Of a DNA stretch of 64,000 nt, positions 27,359 through 37,815 are shown one piece after another. The stretch lies in the NCBI GenBank assembly GCA_041287245.1, contig JBEULP010000108.1, positions 27,860 to 91,859 on the forward strand, in the 5' to 3' direction. The translations under genes were made by a program, and so were the position numbers. The first letter of the stretch is position 1; each line of letters opens with the position of its first letter. Below the pieces are notes generated by a model. The model did no database searches, was not told the origin of the DNA, and worked only from the letters and a program-made list of their open reading frames with translations. This DNA is from Infirmifilum sp. (GTDB lineage Archaea > Thermoproteota > Thermoprotei > Thermofilales > Thermofilaceae).

Positions 27359-28429
27359 GTGGGAATGGGATCTAACGTGGGAGGCTACAGCTCGCCATTG
27401 ACTGATGTCGTGCTTGAAGATATTCTCAGACTCCTCGGGAATATAAAGGTAGTCTTGAGACCCGATTTTTTATACGGTGACAAGGAAATACCATACCGGG
27501 GATTCATTCTTCTAGAAGCGATTGGTAGGAGCGGGTCTTTGAGAAAAGCCGCTGAAAGCATAGGAGTGGACTATAAAACCCTCTGGGATATAATTCATGC
27601 ACTGGAAGAGACGCTTGGCGTACCTCTCGTAGAGCGAAGAGCGGGGGGTCGCAGTGGGGGAGGAGCAAACCTGACCCTCTATGGGGAGGCAATTCTAGCA
27701 CTGTTCAGGCTTGTCGAGAGGAAGGTGGAAGACGCTGCTAGAGAGCTAAACCCCTCGCAGCCTGACGTCACAGTTATTGGTAGTGACTGTGCTATCATGG
27801 AAAAACTCGTCGAGGAACTGGCGGACAGAGGGGTTTATGCCCTCTATATTAAGACTGGCTCTTCACTTGGGCTCTATGCGATTAAAAGGGGTTTGTGCCA
27901 CATAGCGGGTGTTCACATACTTGATTGGGCTACAGGAAAGTATAACGAGCACCTGCTTAGAGACCCAGAGATCAAGGGAAGGATTGTACTAGTCAAAGGT
28001 TGGAAAAGGGTTATCGGGCTGGCCTACTCGAAGAACCTTAAACCCCCGCCTAAAAACCTAGAGGATGTTTACACTAGGGGTCTCAGGCTAGCCAATAGAG
28101 TTAGAGGCAGCGGCACAAGGATATTTTTAGACTATATGCTTACCCAGCTAGCCTCTTCCCGCGGGGTTCCCGTTTCCCAGTTGAAGAGGAAAATAAAAGG
28201 GTACTCCATCGAGTATAACACCCACGGTGAGGCAGCTCAAGCCGTAGCCTCAGGCAAGGCCGACGTAACCATAACCACCGAGTATGTTGCAAAGCTCTAC
28301 GGCCTAGGTTTTGTCCCACTCACTATCGAGGACTATGACCTGCTGGTGAAAAAGGATATCCTGGACCGCCTACCCCTCAAAGAGCTCTCACCATTCAAGG
28401 GAAGAGATAAGCTTCAATTTCTCGAATAG
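27359..28429 (+). CDS. ModE-like HTH regulator fused to a molybdate/tungstate PBP domain
   Basis: GSLRKAA...Y...W HTH and RAGGRSGGGANLT; PBP motifs GSSLGL, AGVHI and NRVRGSGTR. Confidence 0.8.
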   Translation: MGMGSNVGGYSSPLTDVVLEDILRLLGNIKVVLRPDFLYGDKEIPYRGFILLEAIGRSGSLRKAAESIGVDYKTLWDIIHALEETLGVPLVERRAGGRSGGGANLTLYGEAILALFRLVERKVEDAARELNPSQPDVTVIGSDCAIMEKLVEELADRGVYALYIKTGSSLGLYAIKRGLCHIAGVHILDWATGKYNEHLLRDPEIKGRIVLVKGWKRVIGLAYSKNLKPPPKNLEDVYTRGLRLANRVRGSGTRIFLDYMLTQLASSRGVPVSQLKRKIKGYSIEYNTHGEAAQAVASGKADVTITTEYVAKLYGLGFVPLTIEDYDLLVKKDILDRLPLKELSPFKGRDKLQFLE

Positions 28430-28480
28430 TCGACCCGCACCTCCATAACGCTTAAATAGTATTATCGCGGCACGCCTCAC

Positions 28481-28750
28481 GTGCATTCCCCACTAGAGCT
28501 ACAATCAGCTAGACAGCTCTTGTTGTACCTTCTGAGGAGCAGTGGTTTTTATGTCCACATGCATGCCTATGAATTCCTTCTGGGCTACGATGGAAGGCTT
28601 ATAGGTGTCTTGCTCCTTGAGCCTTCACGGCGGAAGGCTACCCTCTATGCTAACGAAGGTTTAACTTCGCAGGAAGCCATCAAGAAGTTAAAAGGTGTTT
28701 TAAGACAGGTCGATCCAGCCCTGCTCCTCTCAGTAATACATAAAGGTTAA
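28481..28750 (+). CDS. Hypothetical protein
   Basis: 89-aa ORF with an upstream TATA-like CTTAAATA. Confidence 0.5.
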   Translation: MHSPLELQSARQLLLYLLRSSGFYVHMHAYEFLLGYDGRLIGVLLLEPSRRKATLYANEGLTSQEAIKKLKGVLRQVDPALLLSVIHKG

Positions 28751-28929
28751 TACGAGTCAAGCTAGGCTCGTAAGCACCACTTTTCCCATGAAGAAGGGCG
28801 ACAGCCACCTTGCCTGTTGAATCCTAATGCCTCATACTTTTACTGGGTTTTAAGAATACACTACAGATCCTACGAGGGCTTGTTCATTTCTTTATAAAAA
28901 AGCATAAAATTATTTAGCAGAATTTTTAT

Positions 28930-29943
28930 ATGTGTCAAGGGGCATCATTTTTTGTGTCTGTAAAAATTTCACAGTGTAAAAGCGTAGCGCCACCCTCTGG
29001 GAAGCGTGTGGCTGTGATAGGAGCGGGTCCTGCTGGGCTAGCAGCTGCAGCCGCTCTCGCCTGCTACGGGCACAAAGTTGATGTCTACGACCGCCTCCCC
29101 GAGCCGGGCGGAATGCTCTTATTCGCCATCCCCGAATTTAGGATCCCCAAGGATGGAGTAAGGCAGAGCATTCGAGAGCTCGCAGACATGGGCATAACCT
29201 TTCACAATAACATCGAGGTGGGTAAGGATCTTAGGGTCAACGAGCTGCTGGAAGATTACGGCGCTGTCATAGTCTCCACTGGGACTTGGCGAGGAAGGAA
29301 GCTTGGGATCCCGGGAGAGGAAAAGGGCGGTGTTTACGACGCGCTGGGATGGATTGTAAGTTTCATGAAGAACATGCTTGGATATTCAAGCCCCCCACCC
29401 CCCTCTCTTTCGGGAAACGTGGCTGTCGTCGGGGCAGGTCTGACAGCGGTTGACATAGCCGAGCTAGCGGCTAAAGAGTATGGTGCTAGTGTGACCCTGC
29501 TTTACAGAAGGCCTATGAGTGTCGCCCCGGCGAGGCACATGCTTAAATCGTTAGAAAAGCTGGGCGTGAGGTTCATTGATAATGTTCTACCACTTGAAAT
29601 ACTAGGAGGCGGGAAAGCCGAGAAAATCCGCCTAGCTCGTGTTAAGCCGACCACCGACAGGAAAGCTTCTATCGAGGTAATCCCAGGTTCAGAATTCGAG
29701 CTTGATCTTGATGCTCTCGTCGTAGCCGTAGGACTCCAAGCTACTCCTCCTGAGAACCTGAAGACGCTGGGGGTTGAACTGAACAGAGATGGGACAATAC
29801 GGGTTAACGAAAATTACATGACCAACGTGCCGGGGCTATTCGCAGCGGGCGATGTTGCTCACGGGCCGTCAAACATAGGCCTAGCTATGCGAAGCGGTAG
29901 ACTAGCGGCGAGTAAAGTTCATGAATATCTTGTGAGAAAATAA
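28930..29943 (+). CDS. FAD/NAD(P)-dependent oxidoreductase, GltD/SudA-like (short form lacking the N-terminal Fe-S domain)
   Basis: VIGAGPAG, PGGML..IPEFR, VVGAGLTAVD and LFAAGDVAHGPS motifs. Confidence 0.8.
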   Translation: MCQGASFFVSVKISQCKSVAPPSGKRVAVIGAGPAGLAAAAALACYGHKVDVYDRLPEPGGMLLFAIPEFRIPKDGVRQSIRELADMGITFHNNIEVGKDLRVNELLEDYGAVIVSTGTWRGRKLGIPGEEKGGVYDALGWIVSFMKNMLGYSSPPPPSLSGNVAVVGAGLTAVDIAELAAKEYGASVTLLYRRPMSVAPARHMLKSLEKLGVRFIDNVLPLEILGGGKAEKIRLARVKPTTDRKASIEVIPGSEFELDLDALVVAVGLQATPPENLKTLGVELNRDGTIRVNENYMTNVPGLFAAGDVAHGPSNIGLAMRSGRLAASKVHEYLVRK

Positions 29944-29997
29944 GATGGTTGTTTAAGTAGCTTTTCCCAGAGTTCTTTTTTAACTGGATCTGGAAAG

Positions 29998-31452
29998 CTA
30001 GACGAGTGGCTTGTACATGTAGAATGAGCCCTTCAAAACCTCATAGCCGAGCTTCCTATAATACTCTCTCGTACCCACAGCCGAAATGACGAGCATTTTC
30101 TCTGCACCATACTCTTGTGCCGCCACCTCTTCAGCAGCTCTTACAAGCCTTCTACCAAGCCCTCTGTGCTGCCACCATCTGCCTTCTCCTCCAAGAGGCG
30201 TCTCGGGCCCATAGACGTGTAGTTCCCTGATAAAAGCAGTCTTGGAGGTAACCTCCCACCTGTGTGCCTTCTCGCTGGGTATACGAAGCCTAAGGAAGCC
30301 GAATAAGACGTCGTTCTCTACATCCTCGAAAGAGATAAACTCCTCAATTCCTCCGCTGGCCTCGTAGCGCCTACGGACAAGCTTTGCATCTTCAATCCTG
30401 GGCTCTCTGCCTGTCCACAATGCAAACCTGCCAACTTCTCGGCAGCGTATACACCTGCACCTCATACCCCTTTCTCGCATGTGATCCCATACAATTTCCC
30501 TAAGATTATTCACAGGCGGGCCGTCTACAATCTCACTAGTCGGGATGTCTCTCTGAACTCTTATTATTCGAACCCAGGGTGGCGTTATAGCCTTAATCTT
30601 TGCGATTAGCTCGACTAAAGTCTCCATGTCATACCCTTTGTAATCGCCCCTCTTCCACATCTCGTATAGCCCGCTACCGGGCACTACTAGAGTCGGGTAG
30701 ATCTTCACAGCGTCCGGCATGAAATCCTCGTTGCTGTAGATCTCCTTAAAGGCCTCATAGTCTCTCTCAGGGTCAGAGCCAGGTAAGCCGAGCATCATGT
30801 GGTACGTTACCTTATAGCCGGCATCCTTTAGGATTTGGGTCGCCTTAACAGAGTCCGCTACAAGGTGCCCCCGGTGCACCCTTTCTAGAATGTCGTCGTA
30901 CACCGTCTGAACGCCAAGCTCGATACGAGTGGCGCCGAGATGGAGGAACCAGTCGACGTGCTCCTCGAAGCTCCAGTCTGGTCTCGTTTCTAGTGTCAGT
31001 CCCACACATCTTATCCTGGCACTCTCATTCCTCTTCATAGCCACATCGAGTCTTGCCTCACCAGTCTTCTCCTCAGGAAAATTATTCAAGGCTTCTAGGG
31101 CCTGCGCGATGAACCACTCCTGATATTCGCGCGGCATAGCGGGGAACGTGCCGCCCATTACGATCAGCTCTACCTTGCTTGGAACCTGTCTCATGGCTAG
31201 GTATTGCTTTAGCCGAAGTTGAACCTGACGGTAAGGGTCGTATCCAACGTGGATAGCCCTGGCCACAGCGGGGGATGTCTTAACGTAGCTCTGAGGTGTT
31301 CCGTACTGAGGCCCACCGGGGCAGTAAAGACATTTACCGTGAGGACAGGGGTATGGTTTTGTCATGATAGCTACCACGGTTACTCCTGAGAGCATTCTCG
31401 TTGGCTTCTTGATGTCCTGGAAAAACTCTAGTCCTTTAGGCTTCCCGGGCAT
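29998..31452 (-). CDS. elp3: tRNA uridine(34) acetyltransferase Elp3
   Basis: SGVTVVAIMTKPYPCPHGKCLYCPGG, ETRPD, RIELGVQT, RELHVYG and WQHRGLG motifs. Confidence 0.95.
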   Translation of the reverse strand: MPGKPKGLEFFQDIKKPTRMLSGVTVVAIMTKPYPCPHGKCLYCPGGPQYGTPQSYVKTSPAVARAIHVGYDPYRQVQLRLKQYLAMRQVPSKVELIVMGGTFPAMPREYQEWFIAQALEALNNFPEEKTGEARLDVAMKRNESARIRCVGLTLETRPDWSFEEHVDWFLHLGATRIELGVQTVYDDILERVHRGHLVADSVKATQILKDAGYKVTYHMMLGLPGSDPERDYEAFKEIYSNEDFMPDAVKIYPTLVVPGSGLYEMWKRGDYKGYDMETLVELIAKIKAITPPWVRIIRVQRDIPTSEIVDGPPVNNLREIVWDHMRERGMRCRCIRCREVGRFALWTGREPRIEDAKLVRRRYEASGGIEEFISFEDVENDVLFGFLRLRIPSEKAHRWEVTSKTAFIRELHVYGPETPLGGEGRWWQHRGLGRRLVRAAEEVAAQEYGAEKMLVISAVGTREYYRKLGYEVLKGSFYMYKPLV

Positions 31453-32107
31453 AATACTCGACCACTATATTTCTCTTCAACAAGACCCTTTTGTAGTCCC
31501 AGAGATATAATTTAAAGCTCTCGTAACCGCTGCTTCGAAGGTCGCGACGCAACTCTAGAGGAGTGTAAAGGTGGTAGTACCTCTTGTTTTTCCCATTTTT
31601 CCCTACCAGCACGTCCCGTGAAAGCATGGAAACAGCCCTCAAGAGGTTGTTCGGGTCGAAAAGACACCACACGGTGATAAGTGCAAATCCCCTGCAAACC
31701 TCTTTTAATTCCCTCAAGGCCTTGATCCTCCACCTCCTTCCGTGTACGTGATGGACCACCGCGGCTGCTAAGACTGTCTCAAACGCCTTTTGGCGGAACG
31801 GGAGGAAGACTATAGAGCCTTGTATGAAGTCGAGGGCACCCTCCAATTCCCATTTCCGGGCTCTATTGCGCGCGCTGACAAGCATGTTCCAGCTCACGTC
31901 GAGGCAAACAATCCTCTGCAATCCCTTCCTGGCTAGCAGGCACGCTATGTATCCGGTGCCGCAGCCAGCGTCTAATAGTGGCTCTTGAGCCCGATCACCC
32001 AGCAAACGTAGCATCCCATTATACCATCCAAGTCTACCCTTGTCGTAGCTCTTGGATAACCGGTCGAATGGCTTTATAACGTGCTCAACCTCGAAGTCTT
32101 CCAGCAA
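31436..32107 (-). CDS. Class I SAM methyltransferase, Trm9/ALKBH8-like (probable cm5U methyltransferase)
   Basis: LDAGCGTG, AVVHH, ITVW and RYYHLY...EL motifs typical of Trm9; overlaps the elp3 start. Confidence 0.7.
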   Translation of the reverse strand: MLEDFEVEHVIKPFDRLSKSYDKGRLGWYNGMLRLLGDRAQEPLLDAGCGTGYIACLLARKGLQRIVCLDVSWNMLVSARNRARKWELEGALDFIQGSIVFLPFRQKAFETVLAAAVVHHVHGRRWRIKALRELKEVCRGFALITVWCLFDPNNLLRAVSMLSRDVLVGKNGKNKRYYHLYTPLELRRDLRSSGYESFKLYLWDYKRVLLKRNIVVEYYAREA

Positions 32108-32277
32108 GAAGCCTCCCTTAGTTAAACCAGGTGTCCACAGCTTAAAACTTCTCGCTTTAGCAGTGAAAGACTATAAATATCTCCTCCTGATATTCCTTCC
32201 CTTCACCAATAGCAATTGTATTCTAACAAGGGATTCCTGCAGGCTTGTTTTTAACTAGTGAGGATGGGTCAGCTCAT

Positions 32278-33732
32278 CTAACCTGAATGGGCTTTTATAC
32301 CAAGCTCCCGTAGAACCAGTCTGACCAGGCTCCTGAACCAGCTATCGATCACGTAGAGCGTTGCGAAGTAAACAACCGCTCCTATAAACACTGCTAGCAG
32401 GGCTTCGCGTATCCTCCACGGGTTTATCCAGACCGCCACCACGCTCATGGGTATGGCTGCTGCTAAGTACCTGGCTACGCTTGAAAAGACTGGTTTAAGC
32501 CTCACATATACTCTAGACATCAAATACAACCTTGCTAGGACAAAAACCTCTGCAAGAAGCCATGAAAGTCTAGCAAGGACAGCTGCTGTAACACCGTCCT
32601 TGAACAATAAGATGACAAGCCCCACTCCCACTATGCCTAGGACTGCCCTGGTTAAACCGATCAGCGTGATTTTAAATATGAGAGAACCTTTCAGTTCCTT
32701 TGGATGCACGTTATTCGTGTCTATAGACTCGACGCCCTGCAGGGTATCGGATAATACCCCGTTGACGACTCCTATGAGCGCAGCTATCGAAGCCACCTGG
32801 AGAACCTGTGACGCAGCAGTATAATCAGGTTTAAACAGGTAGAGAAGGTTGGGAGCTAAGATGATGGCCCCGACAGCTGTTGGGACTCCCAGTAGCAAGG
32901 TGAGCTTTAACGTCTCCTCAAGCTTCTCTTCCACTCTCTCCTGGCTGGAGAGAAGACTTGGGTAGAGCCCTTTGCCTAAGACATAGGAATAGCCTATTAG
33001 GTTAGAGTAGGTCAGAACCACCGTATAATACGCTACGACAGTGTTAGACAGAAAATGAGATATGAGGGGGACGTCCATCATAGCAACAATGGAGGCCGGC
33101 AGGCCCAAAGCGTTCACCCAAGAGTACAACAATATCCGTTTGATCGTGTCTAACCTGGGCTTATGTACTAGATCACTCCTCGTGAAAAAGAGCAGCGATA
33201 AGCTCTGCCCCACATGTCCGGCGAGGACTGCCAGAAGCGCGGTAAACAGACTTATCCGCGAAACCGCCATGAAGAACAGCGCAGCTAACAGTTTAAAGCT
33301 CTCGAATATGAACTCCGTCACCGCGGCTCGGGAGGGGTTAACTGCGTATAGGTCTGAGTATAGAGCACTGTTTACGTAGTAGAAGGGTATGTAGGCTATG
33401 GAGAGAAGGATAATATTGTATGGGACGTTAAATAGGGTGGAGAGATCTCGAGATAGGAAAAACAAGGCAGTAATAGCTACAAGGGAGAACCCGATGCTCA
33501 GAAGAAGGCCGCTAATGAGTGCTGACGTGTCTCCGCGGGCTCTGAACCTCGTTATCCAGTAGTTTATAATTGTGGCTAGTGCGGCGTAGGAGAGTATGGA
33601 AGAAATCACGCTCCAGGCTCCGTAGTCGCTGGGAGTCAGGTTCCTTGTAATTATAAGTATAAAGAGTGCACCCACTACGACGCTGTAAACTCTCTCAGCG
33701 TAGAAGATGAGCCCTGCCCTCTTCAACCCCAT
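32278..33732 (-). CDS. MOP-superfamily polysaccharide flippase-like membrane protein
   Basis: ITRNLTPSDYGAW motif and about 14 TM helices. Confidence 0.7.
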   Translation of the reverse strand: MGLKRAGLIFYAERVYSVVVGALFILIITRNLTPSDYGAWSVISSILSYAALATIINYWITRFRARGDTSALISGLLLSIGFSLVAITALFFLSRDLSTLFNVPYNIILLSIAYIPFYYVNSALYSDLYAVNPSRAAVTEFIFESFKLLAALFFMAVSRISLFTALLAVLAGHVGQSLSLLFFTRSDLVHKPRLDTIKRILLYSWVNALGLPASIVAMMDVPLISHFLSNTVVAYYTVVLTYSNLIGYSYVLGKGLYPSLLSSQERVEEKLEETLKLTLLLGVPTAVGAIILAPNLLYLFKPDYTAASQVLQVASIAALIGVVNGVLSDTLQGVESIDTNNVHPKELKGSLIFKITLIGLTRAVLGIVGVGLVILLFKDGVTAAVLARLSWLLAEVFVLARLYLMSRVYVRLKPVFSSVARYLAAAIPMSVVAVWINPWRIREALLAVFIGAVVYFATLYVIDSWFRSLVRLVLRELGIKAHSG

Positions 33733-33863
33733 CCTGTCAATACACCTCAGCTTTCACAGCTAAAGGACTATCATTAGAGTAGAAAAATGTATCTGTAGGC
33801 CCATATTATATTGAAAATTAACCCGAATAAGAAAGTTTATATACGTGATGAAACGATACCATA

Positions 33864-34820
33864 ATGATGAAAGGAACAGGTTTAAGAAGTAAAAAGACTT
33901 ACCTAATCATCATCGCCATAGCTATAGTCGCAGCTCTTCTCATCATGTTACCTCTCTTTAACCCCAGCAAGCCCCCTGAGAAGGTCACACTAAGAATAGC
34001 AACAACGACAAGCCTAGACGCTACAGGTCTTCTCAACGCTGTGAAGCAGAGGTTTGAGGCAAAGTACCCAAACATCAACGTCACATGGGTTGCCGTCGGC
34101 ACGGGACAGGCTCTCGAAATAGGTAAAAGGGGAGACGCCGACCTCGTAATAACACACGACAGGCCCCTCGAGGAACAGTTCATAAGTCAAGGTTATGGCG
34201 TCCACGGAATTTCCTTTGCATACAACGACTTTGTCGTGCTCGGACCGCCCGACGACCCTGCTGGAGTGAGAGGCTCGAAGAGCGTTGTAGAAGCCTTCAC
34301 GCGTATAGCCGAGGCGGGGAAGCAGGGGAAAGCCGTCTTCGTCTCGCGAGGGGACAAGTCGGGAACCAACCTCAGGGAGCTCAGGATCTGGGACAAGGCT
34401 AAGATAGACCCTAAGGGGCAGCCGTGGTACAAGGAGACGGGGCAAGGCATGTCGCAGACGCTGATGGTGACGGATCAGCTTAAAAGCGCATACACATTGA
34501 GCGATAGGAGCACATACCTAGCGTTTAGGAATAGGCTTTCGCTCGTAATAGTGTTCGAGGGCGACCCATACCTCATTAACGTCTACAGGGCAACGATTAT
34601 AAACCAAACCCGCTTCCCATGGGTTCATTACGACGCCGCTGTAAAGTTTGTAAAGTTTCTCATTTCGCCAGAGGGTCAGTCGTTGATAAGTAGCTATCAG
34701 AAGGACGGGACAAAGCTTTTCAACGTCTGCTTCGGGAACCTCACGGCCCTCGGGATAAACGACCCCTATGAGCAGCAGCAAGTTGCGTACTGGAAGGAGC
34801 AACTTCAAAAAGACCCCTAA
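33864..34820 (+). CDS. tupA: Tungstate ABC transporter substrate-binding protein
   Basis: ATTTS signature, VGTGQAL and FVSRGDKSGT. Confidence 0.9.
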   Translation: MMKGTGLRSKKTYLIIIAIAIVAALLIMLPLFNPSKPPEKVTLRIATTTSLDATGLLNAVKQRFEAKYPNINVTWVAVGTGQALEIGKRGDADLVITHDRPLEEQFISQGYGVHGISFAYNDFVVLGPPDDPAGVRGSKSVVEAFTRIAEAGKQGKAVFVSRGDKSGTNLRELRIWDKAKIDPKGQPWYKETGQGMSQTLMVTDQLKSAYTLSDRSTYLAFRNRLSLVIVFEGDPYLINVYRATIINQTRFPWVHYDAAVKFVKFLISPEGQSLISSYQKDGTKLFNVCFGNLTALGINDPYEQQQVAYWKEQLQKDP

Positions 34821-34870
34821 AAATTTCCAAGCAACTTATTTCTAGGGCAGAGTTTTTCTTTCTCATAGAG

Positions 34871-35539
34871 GTGTTTCCAAGTTTGAACATAAACGAACTG
34901 ATCGGGATAACCCTGCTCTCGCTACGCGTATCAGGGACTGCGGTGGCCGCCTCTGCAACCGTGGGTATGCTACTGGGAGCTCTCATCGCGAGCCGGGAGT
35001 TCAGAGGCAAAAATGTCGCAGTTACGTTGGTATCTACTCTTATGGGTATGCCTCCTGTTCTTCTAGGCCTTGTCTTATATTTGGCTCTCTCTAGGTCTGG
35101 TCCCCTCGGCTGGACGGGTTTGCTCTTCACCCCCGAAGCCATGATTCTAGCCCAATTCCTGCTCACACTTCCAATCACCACAGGCCTATCAATTTCCGCT
35201 ATTGAGTCCTTACCCCGCGATACACGTGAGACGATCTACTCGCTTGGAGCCAACCCTCTGTACGAGCTTCTACTTATGCTAAACGAGGCTAGGGCTGGCC
35301 TTGTGGGCGCTGTCCTCACAGCTCTCGGGAGGGCTATATCCGAGGTCGGGGCTGTGATTATCGTAGGGGGCAACATAAGGTATCAGACTCGGGTGCTCAC
35401 AACCGCGATTGTGTTCTACACGAACGCTGGCGAGTTCGACGCCGCGCTCGCTCTTGGCGCTGTACTGGCCTCCGTCTACCTCGTTGTCAACATTGTACTG
35501 GTGTACATGAAGCTCAGGGTGGTTAGCGGTGGCTCTTAG
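34871..35539 (+). CDS. tupB: Tungstate ABC transporter permease
   Basis: GMPPVLLGL...SRSGPLG and GRAISEVGA...GGNI...TRVLTTAI. Confidence 0.9.
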   Translation: MFPSLNINELIGITLLSLRVSGTAVAASATVGMLLGALIASREFRGKNVAVTLVSTLMGMPPVLLGLVLYLALSRSGPLGWTGLLFTPEAMILAQFLLTLPITTGLSISAIESLPRDTRETIYSLGANPLYELLLMLNEARAGLVGAVLTALGRAISEVGAVIIVGGNIRYQTRVLTTAIVFYTNAGEFDAALALGAVLASVYLVVNIVLVYMKLRVVSGGS

Positions 35540-36218
35540 AGTCGAAGGGGTGACTAAGAGCTTCTCCGGTCTAACCGTTCTGAGAGACGTTAGTCTAGAG
35601 GCACAGGAGGGCAAAATAACCTGTGTTGTGGGGCCTAACGGCTCCGGAAAGACCACGCTTTTACGCATACTAGCACTCCTCGAGAAGCCTGATAGAGGAA
35701 AAATCATCTACGATGGGAGGGAAATATCCGGGATTGATAAAGACTACCGGCGTAGCCTTGCATACGTCCCGCAAAGACCTGTAGTCTTAACTGCGAGCGT
35801 ATACAACAACATCTACATTCCTCTAAGGGCCCGGGGGCTCTCAGCAGCCGAAGCCTCCGAGAGGGCTAAGCGGCTTCTAGCACTCACAGGGCTCGCTAGA
35901 CTTTCGAAGACCCCGGCTCAGAAGCTCTCCGGCGGGCAAAAACAACTGCTAGCCCTCGCCAGAGCCCTAGCCTTAGAGCCCAAGATACTAATCTTAGATG
36001 AGCCTACGAGCCACCTTGATGTCGCTAATGCCCCTATGATGAGGAGTCTTATACTAGAATATGTAAGAGATGAGAGAGCCGTAGCGGTTGTTTCAACTCA
36101 CACGCTAGACGAGGTCATGGAGTTATCTGACCAGACTATTCTCCTTGTTGGAGGGGCTATAAGGGGAGTGTTTACAACAAAGGATAATATCAAAGACTTT
36201 TTACGATTCATCTCCTGA
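35529..36218 (+). CDS. tupC: Tungstate ABC transporter ATPase
   Basis: GPNGSGKT, LSGGQ and LDEPT; overlaps tupB. Confidence 0.85.
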   Translation: MALRVEGVTKSFSGLTVLRDVSLEAQEGKITCVVGPNGSGKTTLLRILALLEKPDRGKIIYDGREISGIDKDYRRSLAYVPQRPVVLTASVYNNIYIPLRARGLSAAEASERAKRLLALTGLARLSKTPAQKLSGGQKQLLALARALALEPKILILDEPTSHLDVANAPMMRSLILEYVRDERAVAVVSTHTLDEVMELSDQTILLVGGAIRGVFTTKDNIKDFLRFIS

Positions 36219-36284
36219 TCGAAAAAGGCTCCTCGTACTTTGAAAAACAAAAATACATATAAATAACAAACAAGTTAAAGAGGT

Positions 36285-36602
36285 ATGTCTCAGACTCAGT
36301 TGGGCTTAGACCCCAAACTCGAGGCAGCTATCTCTTACATTTTCGGTTTTATAAGCGGGATCATTATTTTTCTACTAGAGCCCAAGAACTACTTCGTCAG
36401 GTTCCACGCAATGCAGTCGACAGTAGCATCTCTCTTGGCCTTCGTTTTATCATTCATCCTTCCACTTCTAACCCCTCTGTGGTTCTTAATCTGGATCGTT
36501 GTATTAATCGTGGGCGTTGTCAAGTCACTTCAGGGAGAGCTTTACAAGTTCCCCTTGATAGGCGATTTAGCTGCGCAGCTAACTCCCCCGCCTCCTCCAT
36601 AA
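36285..36602 (+). CDS. DUF4870-like small membrane protein
   Basis: LDPKLEAAISY...FVRFHAMQS...YKFPLIG pattern. Confidence 0.75.
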   Translation: MSQTQLGLDPKLEAAISYIFGFISGIIIFLLEPKNYFVRFHAMQSTVASLLAFVLSFILPLLTPLWFLIWIVVLIVGVVKSLQGELYKFPLIGDLAAQLTPPPPP

Positions 36603-36675
36603 AATGGTTTTTTGGCTCTCCATAAGAGGAAGAAATATAAGCTTACCCTAGATTCTTCGAAGGAGGTGCTGTCTT

Positions 36676-37809
36676 TTGGACACTGAAAGCTTGTTGAGAC
36701 AAGCCTTGCTTGAGCCTACGGAGGAACTCCTTACCCCGGAGCGCCTACGCGAGATGGCTGAGAACGGTTTCCGCCTTAAGCATTATATAGGCTTCGAAGT
36801 CTCCGGGCTAGTTCACCTAGGAACAGGCATTGTATCGATGCAGAAGCTCGTGGACCTGCAGAGGGCGGGTGTCGAGACAACTGTTTTCCTCGCCGACTAC
36901 CACAGCTGGATTAACAAGAAGCTCGGCGGGGACCTGTCAACCATACGTCGGGTAGCAGGAGGTTATTTCAAAGAGGCTCTTAAGGTGTCGATCAAGATAG
37001 TTGGTGGAGATCCTGAAAGGGTTTCTTTTCTTATGGGTTCCGATGTCTATGAGAAGCTTGGCTTGGAGTACTTCACAAATGTGGTTAAGGTTTCCATGGA
37101 TACTACTCTCTCACGCGTCAAGCGGTCTATAACGATCCTGGGCAGGAAGGAGGCTGAGTCCTTAAGCTTCGCCCAGCTCCTATACGTGCCGATGCAGGTA
37201 GCAGATATATTTTCTATGGGAGTGACGATAGCTCAAGGGGGCATGGATCAGAGGAAGGCGCACGTCATAGCGATAGAGGTGGGAGAAAAGGCGTTCGGGT
37301 ATAAGCCCGTCGCCCTACATCACCACCTCCTACCGGGTCTTGCGATAGACAAGGACTCGTGGACCAGGCTTGTTGACGCTAAGAGGCGGGGCGACAAGGG
37401 GGAGTTTTCCGACATCCTAGCCGATGTGAAGATGTCGAAGTCTAAGCCCGAGACAGCTATCTTCATCCACGACCAGGAGGATAAGATCAAGGAGAAGATA
37501 ATGGGAGCTTTTTGCCCGGCAGGCGAGGTTGAGCTAAACCCCGTACTGGAGATTACGCGCTACATAATCTTCAGGAACCGCAGCGAGCCCCTGGAAGTAT
37601 TGAATAAGAAGACTGGGGAGCGACTGGTATTCTCTAACTACCAAGAGCTCGAGCAGAGCTTCCGACAGAAAAAGTTACACCCCCTCGACCTTAAAAACGT
37701 TGTAGCCGAGGAGCTGGCGAGAATCCTAGAGCCTGCCCGCAAGCACTTCCTAGAGGGCCCAGGTAGAAGCTACCTGGAGGACCTAGAAGGTTTAAAAATT
37801 ACAAGGTGA
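36676..37809 (+). CDS. tyrS: Tyrosine--tRNA ligase (archaeal type)
   Basis: YIGFEVSG...HLGT, YVPMQVAD, GGMDQRKAH and KMSKS motifs. Confidence 0.95.
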   Translation: MDTESLLRQALLEPTEELLTPERLREMAENGFRLKHYIGFEVSGLVHLGTGIVSMQKLVDLQRAGVETTVFLADYHSWINKKLGGDLSTIRRVAGGYFKEALKVSIKIVGGDPERVSFLMGSDVYEKLGLEYFTNVVKVSMDTTLSRVKRSITILGRKEAESLSFAQLLYVPMQVADIFSMGVTIAQGGMDQRKAHVIAIEVGEKAFGYKPVALHHHLLPGLAIDKDSWTRLVDAKRRGDKGEFSDILADVKMSKSKPETAIFIHDQEDKIKEKIMGAFCPAGEVELNPVLEITRYIIFRNRSEPLEVLNKKTGERLVFSNYQELEQSFRQKKLHPLDLKNVVAEELARILEPARKHFLEGPGRSYLEDLEGLKITR

Positions 37810-37815
37810 CGAGGT

